The notes beneath the pieces were generated by a model that did not search any database, was not told the DNA's origin, and saw only the letters and a program-made list of their open reading frames with translations. 64,000 nt of DNA from Pecten maximus. Lineage: Eukaryota. Shown here one piece after another: positions 44,581 through 64,000 of the stretch (position 1 is its first letter; every line of letters starts with the position of its first letter). The DNA lies in assembly GCF_902652985.1 (NCBI RefSeq), contig NC_047017.1, positions 50,096,001-50,160,000 on the forward strand, given 5' to 3'. A program made the position numbers and the translations under genes.

Positions 44581-44975
44581 TCCTTCCATCTGTTATTGAC
44601 AGTTGGAACAATTTGCCAATTAGTATACGTAACAATCCATCTCTTTCTTGTCTCAAAACTTATCTAAAAATATCATCTTCGCCGGAACCACAAATTTATT
44701 ACTACTGTGGGACACGTCTAAGTCAAATCTATCATGCAAGGTTGAGGATGGACAATAGTTCACTGAATGATAATTTATTTAAAAGAAACCTTATTCCCTC
44801 ACCTCTGTGTACATGTGGTCTAATTGAGGATACTTCTCATTTTCTCTTAACATGTAATAATGTTTTCCCGATCTACGACATAAGTATATTCTCACCTTAC
44901 CATATAACATAACTGCGAGTTTATTACTGTCCGGGGATGCTTCTCTTTCCATCGACGATAACACGAGGCTGTGCA
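44581..44975 (+). mobile_element. CR1-group LINE ORF2 fragment, 3' portion
   Basis: LPSVIDSWNNLPISIRNNPSLSCLKTYL...HARLRMDNSSLNDNLFKRNLIPSPLCTCGLIEDTSHFLLTC (C-terminal zinc-knuckle-like motif); continues the fragment ending near 41727. Confidence 0.75.
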
Positions 44976-46499
44976 TACTTTCCTTGTAAAATCACAGATT
45001 TTCCATGCTAACGTAGCATATACATATCATGTACGTCTATTATTATAGATTGATACCACACTAAATATATCAACAACCAGACGGAAGAAGCGAATCCCAC
45101 TTCACAGGAATCGTATACGTAGGGAATCGCGATGTGGTCTATCAACAAACATGACGTACATCACAAAATTAATCTTATCGATCTAAGATTTAAAGTTAAT
45201 CATAGTATGCCAATTCAAGCGAGCTTTCAAAAGTATTTCTGTATCTTTCAGCAAAACGCTAACGCAACCACAGCCTTTTTCTAGTAAATAAATTCCTTAA
45301 AATGACATTTGGTAACTATCAGTAAAACACACAGAAAAAATTTAAAGCTGTCTTCTTATTTTGCCATTTTATATTTATATTTGGAGGGGGGGGGGGGGGG
45401 GGTGAAAGGCTGTGTGGTATTGGTGGACACAGCAGACAGTTACAGACAATCCACCTGCCAGAGTGTTAGGCATATGACAGACGGACGCGTACTCTCTGAG
45501 GGTCGTATTAATTAAGTTTTATAATCCCGACATTCATCATCTCAACCAGGCATATCCCAGAACATTGGAATGACGCGTTCAAGAGAAGAGACGCAATTAT
45601 GACCAAAAAAAGCAGCGATGAAGACGACGAAAGACGGAAGAAAAAAAGGCAAATATCCTTATTTATCTCAAGAGGAAATCAACAAATTTATTCACACAAA
45701 ATTCTAAAATTGTTCAAGCGAAAGGTAATACAATTGTTGATTGTAAATCTGTCTTTTTGTAATCTGTATTATATTAAGAATGAGTAACATTTTAGCGTCA
45801 GTGGCTGTGTAAACAGACAACTTTATCGTAATCAAACAAGAACACTGGCGGTTTTAAGGGGAGGGTGTGGGGGCGCATGCATTAATTCAGCGATCTATAC
45901 CACAATAAATACTGTTATAAATAGGTGGCGCTGGCAATCACCATATAATTTCGAAGTAAAATATGCTGGGTTGAATTTACATCAAGTGGCTGTGCATGTT
46001 GCGGTGCAGAAATCGCAATAACGTGTCAGTGAATTGTTCTGGTTCGTAATCCATGTTGGTTTCCTAGATATTTGTGAAATTTCAGGAAACTCTCTACCCT
46101 AAAACGTGTTCTATGGTATACCAGAAGAGACTACACAATGAAATTGCAGCTCTATTGTTATTAAGTATATGTGTATATAATCCCTTTGACCACTTGAAAA
46201 TGGGGAAACTGAGACCAAACCGGTGTTAGTCCTCCGTGTCGGGCATAACGGGGGATGTTTATTTCAATGTCGAGAAAAATATACAATATGTACCTTTCTT
46301 TTGATAAGAGCCCCAGAAATCGCCAAGTCGTGTTGTTGTCCGCGAACGTACATTTGTATTATGCGTAATTCTATGACTGGAGATGTCGAATTTGATTACC
46401 ACAGACTTAATAACCACATATTTAATCAATCTTTCCCAGATTGCATTGCAGTTCTTTTCATAACACAGGGAACCGGAATGCACTCTGGGAGAAATTGAT

Positions 46500-47100
46500 A
46501 TCTGATTACCACGTACCTAATAATCACACACTAAATCGCACAAACCCTAACCCTTACCCTAGCCCTGACCACATACTAAATCACCTCTTACCCAATAACC
46601 ACATACTACAAAATGTATATTATCACATACCCAATAACCACATACTAAATCACCACATACCCAATAACCACATACTAAATCACCTCTTACCCAATAACCA
46701 CATACTATATTATCACATACCCAATAACCACATACTATATTACCACATACCCAATAACCACATACTATATTTCCACATACCTAATAACCACATACTGAAT
46801 TACCACTTACCTCATTACCATATACCTAATCACCACATACCTAATAACCACATACTAAATCACCACATACCTAATTACCACTTACCTCATTACCACATAC
46901 CTAATTACCACTTACCTCATTACCACATACCTAATCACCACATACCTAATAACCACATACTAAATCACCACATACCTTATAACCACATAGTTTGTTTACT
47001 ACCTACCTACTAAAAACATACTTGATTACCACATAACCAATAACCACATACTAATCACCACATATTTTGATTACCACATGCACAATAACCACATATTTAG
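46500..47100. repeat. Degenerate tandem repeat of 12-15-bp units
   Basis: Recurring ACCACATAC(C/T)(T/C)AAT motif. Confidence 0.9.
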
Positions 47101-47242
47101 TTCCCGTATAATTAACTACCACATACACATGTACCTAATAAACACGTCATTAATAACCATACATCAAAATACTTAATACACATACATTTAACATACCGAC
47201 TGTTGTGCCATGGCCAACGTATTCTTTTTTTTGCGATTGTCG

Positions 47243-47640
47243 AACCATTTTTGTACGATTAGCTAACCATTTTTGTACGATTATCTAACCATTTTTGTAT
47301 GATTATCTAACCATTTTTGTACGATTACTAACCATTTTTGTACGATTACTAACCATTTTTGTACGATTATCTAACCATTTTTGTACGATTACTAACCATT
47401 TTTGTACGATTACTAACCATTTTTGTATGATTATCTAACCATTTTTGTACGATTACTAACCATTTTTGTACGATTACTAACCATTTTTGTACGATTATCT
47501 AACCATTTTTTTTCGATTATCTAACCATTTTTGTACAATTACTAACCATTTTTGTACGATTATCTAACCATTTTTGTACGATTATCTAACCATTTTTGTA
47601 CGATTATCTAACCATTTTTGTACGATTGTCTAACCATTTT
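47243..47640. repeat. 21/22-bp minisatellite (about 18 copies)
   Basis: Unit AACCATTTTTGTACGATTA(T)CT. Confidence 0.95.
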
Positions 47641-47994
47641 TATGAACATCGTATGCTCTAATGAATATTTATTGGTATATCTTATGGAGCATAAATTCCA
47701 TATCTTTTGAAGCAGAGACATTGTACATGTCATGGATCTATAGTTGTTCCGTTCTAAATGTATGTAGCAATCATTGCACACATATAATATTATGTAAATG
47801 TACAATTCTAATAAATGAATACATATATTTATATAAATATTCCACTTGCATTTTAATATCTCAGTTACATCTTTACTATTTACATATTGTTACTGTGATA
47901 TGTAGATCTAGGAAATAAAAGAATCTGGATCATCTAGATATACCGTGTTATTGCTTTTCCACTATCCTCCAACCTTTTGGTCGGAGCTGAGGTT

Positions 47995-50203
47995 GTACCG
48001 TAATCGGCTGTCACACGAGGATGTACCGTAATCTGCTGTCACATGATGATGTACCGTAATCTGCTGTCACATGATGATGTACGGTAATCTGTTGTCACAT
48101 GATGATGTACGGTAATCTTTTGTCACATGATGATGTACGGTAATATGTTGTCACATGATGATGTACCGTAATATGCTGTCACATGATGTACGGTAATATG
48201 CTGTCACATGATGATGTACGGCAATCTGCTGTCACATGATGATGTACGGTAATCTTTTGTCACATGATGATGTACGGTAATATGTTGTCACATGATGATG
48301 TACGGTAATCTGTTGTCACATGATGATGTACGGTAATATGCTGTCACATGATGATGTACGGTAATATGCTGTCACATGATGATGTACGTTAAACTGCTGT
48401 CACATGATGATGTATTGTAATATGCTGTCAACTGATGATGTACGGTAATTTGTTGTCACATGATGATGTACGGTAATATGCTGTCACATGATGATGTACG
48501 GTAATCTGCTGTCACATGATGATGTACGGTAATCTGCTGTCACATGATTAACGGTAATATGCTGTCACATGATGATGTACGGTAATATGCTGCCACATGA
48601 TGATGTACGGTAATCTGTTGTCACATGATGATGTACGGTAATCTTTTGTCACATGATGATGTACGGTAATATGTTGTCACATGATGTTGTACCGTAATAT
48701 GATGTCACATGATGTACGGTAATATGCTGTCACATGATGATGTACGGTAATCTGTTGTCACATGATGATGTACGGTAATCTGTTGTCACATGATGATGTA
48801 CGGTAATATGCTGTCACATGATGATGTACGGTAATCTGTTGTCACATGATGATGTACGGTAATCTTTTGTCACATGATGATGTACGGTAATATGTTGTCA
48901 CATGATGTTGTACCGTAATATGATGTCACATGATGTACGGTAATATGCTGTCACATGATGATGTACGGTAATCTGTTGTCACATGATGATGTACGGTAAT
49001 CTGTTGTCACATGATGATGTACGGTAATATGCTGTCACATGATGATGTACGGTAATATGCTGTCACATGATGATGTACGGTAATATGCTGTCACATGATG
49101 ATGTACGGTAATATGCTGTCACATGATGTATTGTAATATGCTGTCACATGATGATGTACGGTAATCTGTTGTCACATGATGATGTACGGTAATCTGCTGT
49201 CACATGATGATGTACGGTAATATGCTGTCACATGATGATGTACGGTAATCTGTTGTCACATGATGATGTACGGTAATATGCTGTCACATGATGATGTACG
49301 GTAATATGCTGTCACATGATGATGTACGGTAAACTGCTGTCACATGATGATGTATTGTAATATGCTGTCAACTGATGATGTACGGTAATTTGTTGTCACA
49401 TGATGATGTACGGTAATATGCTGTCACATGATGATGTACGGTAATCTGCTGTCACATGGTGATGTACGGTAGTCTGCTGTCACATGGTTAACGGTAATAT
49501 GCTGTCACATGATGATGTACGGTAATATGCTGCCACATGATGATGTACGGTAATCTGTTGTCACATGATGATGTACGGTAATCTTTTGTCACATGATGAT
49601 GTACGGTAATATGTTGTCACATGATGATGTACGGTAATCTTTTGTCACATGATGATGTACGGTAATATGCTGTCACATGATGATGTACGGTAATCTGTTG
49701 TCACATGATGATGTACGGTAATCTGTTGTCACATGATGATGTACGGTAATATGCTGTCACATGATGATGTACGGTAATCTGTTGTCACATGATGATGTAC
49801 GGTAATATGCTGTCACATGATGATGTACGGTAATATGCTGTCACATGATGATGTACGGTAATCTGCTGTCACATGATGATGTACGGTAATCTGCTGTCAC
49901 ATGATGATGTACGGTAATCTGCTGTCACATGATTAACGGTAATATGCTGTCACATGATGATGTACGGTAATCTGCTGTCACATGAGGATGTACGGTAATC
50001 TGCTGTCACATGATGATGTACGGTAATATGCTGTCACATGATGATGTACGGTAATATGCTGTCACATGATGATGTACGGTAATATGCTGTCACATGATGT
50101 ATTGTAATATGCTGTCAAATGATGATGTACGGTAATCTGTTGTCACATGAGGATGTACGGTAATCTGCTGTCACATGGTGATGTACGGTAATATGCTGTC
50201 ACA
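47995..50203. repeat. 28-bp satellite array, about 2.2 kb (roughly 80 copies)
   Basis: Unit GTCACATGATGATGTACGGTAAT(A/C)TG(C/T)T with 25-bp deletion variants. Confidence 0.97.
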
Positions 50204-51200
50204 TTATTTATATTTTATTGATGGAATTATATTTCTGTTTCGTCATTGTTTAAAAAATGTGTGTCCTATATACTTAGAGCCCCTCTTAGTGTCGTAGGTG
50301 CCGGTGTAGATCTACTATTGTTAGCCTCATATCACATTAATCGTGTCTGTGTACATATATGTACGGGAAGCTAACTAACGTATCCAATGATATTGTTACT
50401 GCAAGCCTACAAATAACTTCTCTTGTGCAAATAAAGCTGTTTGTTAATTTTAGCCAACCAAGCGGAAAATACATGTTTCTAGGGTAAGTATTCATCTTGT
50501 GTCGGCCAGATATTTTTCAACTATTCCATTATTTGGAACAATTGTTTTGGAAACAATATTGTTACTTTATTCGGAAGTCTTCATAGTGTTCGGGAAATTT
50601 GGCCGGGAAATTTCATATCGGGTGCAAGTATTAACTTGACGGGACATCAAATCAAAAGTGAACTCGGTGTATCCGAATTGGTTAAACGTTTCCAATGAAA
50701 GTATAAGTACAGAAGAACCAAAACAGGGGATTTGAATTTACTTCGTTATAAGCCGAAATTCGTAGCAAACAGGTTCATCTTAAGAAAGTTTTACTGTAGA
50801 TCCAATCTCGATAATTAAAATACCTCCCTATTAGAAATATTTGTATAACACTTTTCCCAGAAGCCATTTGCATTTCCACAAACAAAATGCTTGTTAATGT
50901 CTTCGCTTTAACCGAGACATACATTGTGAAGCTGGTCATCCTTTGGGCACTAAAAAGCATAATAGCATAGTTGTTTTGGGAAAAATACGAGTCAACACAA
51001 GCTATAAAGGGTATATCCTTACATTTATTTCCCACACACAATTGCCAGGTTAATTAGTTACTGTTTTTAGTATTAAATTTCTTGACTGCAATAAGACATG
51101 ACGTATACAAAGAATTGATCATGATTCAGTTATTTATGTTTAATTTGTCCGAGTAGCAATATTTACGCCTTAAAGAGCTGTACATGCAGATATATGCAAA

Positions 51201-52229
51201 TATACAAAAAAAATAAAAATAAAAAAATAAAAATAAACGCAAGTTTAGCTTTCGATATCTTTAATTTTACATGATTCTTTGAGGTTGTGTTCATGGTGAA
51301 AGTTTCTCGATTATTTCATCTGTACTGAATATATTTTGATGATTTTTGGTTGTCCTATCACAGACGATATTTGCGTGAATACCGTTAAAACAAGGATACC
51401 TTACGCCGTTTCCTGATCCAAATCAGTCGCGTGTGTGTCCACCCATGGCACCATTCACTCCCCTTACGTTACTAAACATTGAGCCCATCTAGTTGTTTTT
51501 TGCCCTTTGTGGGATATCATTCCATTCCTGAGTAAGGGCCTGCGTGAGTTGAGCGACAATGTATTGGACGTTGACGCGCTTCCAAACCCTCCTGTCTAGC
51601 TCGCACCACAAATGCTCTATTTTGGACATATTTGGACTGTATGGTGGCCAATGAGGAACTGGAAAATTGTTTTGAGCCGGAGAGTCACGACAAACCCTAG
51701 TAACAGGGGGCCTCGCGTTGTCCTGCTGCAACGTAAGGTTACATTGATGGATAAGGAGAAAAACATGTGGTCTCAAGACCTGATCGTGATATCTTACTGC
51801 TGTAAAATTACCAAAGATAATCTCCCTGTGGCCCCGCGACGCCGAACTAAACGGGATATTGTTGTTCATATACACAATATTGCTGGGCTGCATGACGTTG
51901 CGAATGCCCCTGCATTATCAGAACAATGGTCCTACTTCTTTCGACTTCACTCAATCGCGGCATTTCGCTGTACAATCGCTTCGAAAAGAAATGTGTAATT
52001 GATCTGTAATGTTCCAATGTTTCATCTGTAATGCTTTGCAAGCACACATGGTGTACCCCTGGTGTACGCTTTCTTGAAAAATTTGCTAAAAGTAAGCAGC
52101 ATTGAGCGGGGTCACGGTCTTCACAGTGCACGGAGGTAGCTCAGTGTGAAATTAAATTGAATTAAGACAACGTGTCTAAAACTTATATTTAAAAAAAATG
52201 TAACTTTCGTTTATTTTTCGACTAGTATA
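51201..52229 (-). mobile_element. Internally deleted Tc1/mariner (DD34E) transposon
   Basis: N-terminal MPRLSEVERSRTIVLIMQGHSQRHAAQQ (ATG near 51964) fused to catalytic C-terminus QQDNARP...WPPYSPNMSKIEHLW with 34 residues between D and E; degenerate TIRs TATAC...AAAAATAAACGCAAGTT and AACTTTCGTTTATTTTT...GTATA. Confidence 0.88.
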
Positions 52230-53328
52230 GTTGTAACTCACTTTTAAACTGCATATCCGAATTTAACAAACATTAATGTTGCCTACATTGATTAACTAAT
52301 TATCAGATACTAGATATTTGTATAGTTCAAGAGATGCTAGATATAAATAGCTTCAACACTATAACAATATTATTACCTTTAGACTGTATTTTCTTCTTAT
52401 TATTTTACGCGTGATTATAGCTTACTGCTCAGCGGAACCATTTCGCAATTGAAGTAATTAGCTTATAAACTAAGCATCTTATTTGGAGAAAAAAAGTTAC
52501 GCGGAACAACGACTCCTGTGACCTATTATGATATATTAATGCAATGTCTTTAAAGAATATCCCCATTGACATTCATTCTTCATAAGGTCACGATATGGAT
52601 ATAAAACGGAACACGATATATGTTTTACAATTATTAATACCCGTAGAATAAGATGAGTACTGTACGTATGTGTAACATTGCATAAACTTCAATAGGTTAC
52701 TATTGGTCGGCGAAAATGAACACGGATAGAAACAGAGCAAGGGCACTCTCGAATGAGAATTACGTCATTGTAGCAGCACAATAGTAACCATACCTGCATT
52801 TTTACTATTTAAATGCAATAGACTGACGAGTATCGGATCACAATGAATCTGTCAAATACATAAGACCAGTTATATAAGTGGTATTCTGGATTGGATTTTC
52901 ACGCCACGTGTCACATTTGCTTTGTTTAATAGCTGAAGGGAAGAGTCCAAGTAGCTATAACATATGTTTACCAACAAATATAAATTAAGATTTTTTAAAA
53001 CTTTATTAGATCAATATTTAATAATATCAATTTTTTAACAGAACAAATCCGTTTAATATTAAGGAAGAGGGCCGACCTTTTATGCTGTTCACGGGTATTT
53101 GGAGTTTATTTACCTTCCATAATAACACCCATTAAACTTTCATAGTCTGACCTTTAACCTTTACTATAAACCACGTATGTGTATAGGAAAAGTAGTAGAT
53201 ATGATCAAGAATAGCACGATACCATCTGTGCAGTGTGTATATTACACAGATGGTACATTTGATCAATACAATAATATAAAGTTCCGCCTGTATACATTTT
53301 TCAGAGCCTGAAAGGATCGCAATGGAAG

Positions 53329-64000
<10,672 letters not shown>

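Noticed and set aside
46441-47013. 190-aa His/Asn/Pro-rich ORF resembling a metal-binding or shell protein
   Set aside because: Coincides with a tandem repeat of triplet-multiple units that continues past the stop; non-ATG start and no signal peptide.
47243-50203. CRISPR-like arrays
   Set aside because: Head-to-tail repeats with no unique spacers, no cas genes, eukaryotic context.
50650-50775. Possible pogo/Tigger-like MITE remnant
   Set aside because: No matching pair of terminal inverted repeats could be defined.

Overview
AT-rich, intron-containing animal genomic DNA; the repeat types, poly-G/C tracts and gene sequences suggest a bivalve mollusc, probably an oyster (inference). Left: a head-to-head pair of a vasohibin tubulin carboxypeptidase gene (VASH, minus strand, two U12-type minor introns) and ERG28 (plus strand), start codons 454 bp apart. 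ERG28 intron 3 carries a 355-bp miniature LTR retrotransposon (TRIM) whose two LTRs each contain a tRNA-derived Pol III promoter. The rest is a three-gene ABCC10/MRP7-like transporter cluster: two near-identical tandem copies on the minus strand (offset about 12.4 kb) and a diverged plus-strand copy that runs off the window and has a +2 frameshift in one exon. All three appear to replace the five-helix TMD0 with a single predicted glycosylated membrane anchor. The 16.8-kb spacer between the divergent ABCC genes holds a palindromic element, a Helentron-type remnant, an L1/Tx1 LINE nested in a CR1-type LINE, three adjacent tandem arrays and a deleted Tc1 element. Exon boundaries were read by eye and checked for phase; family assignments come from remembered motifs, not database searches.
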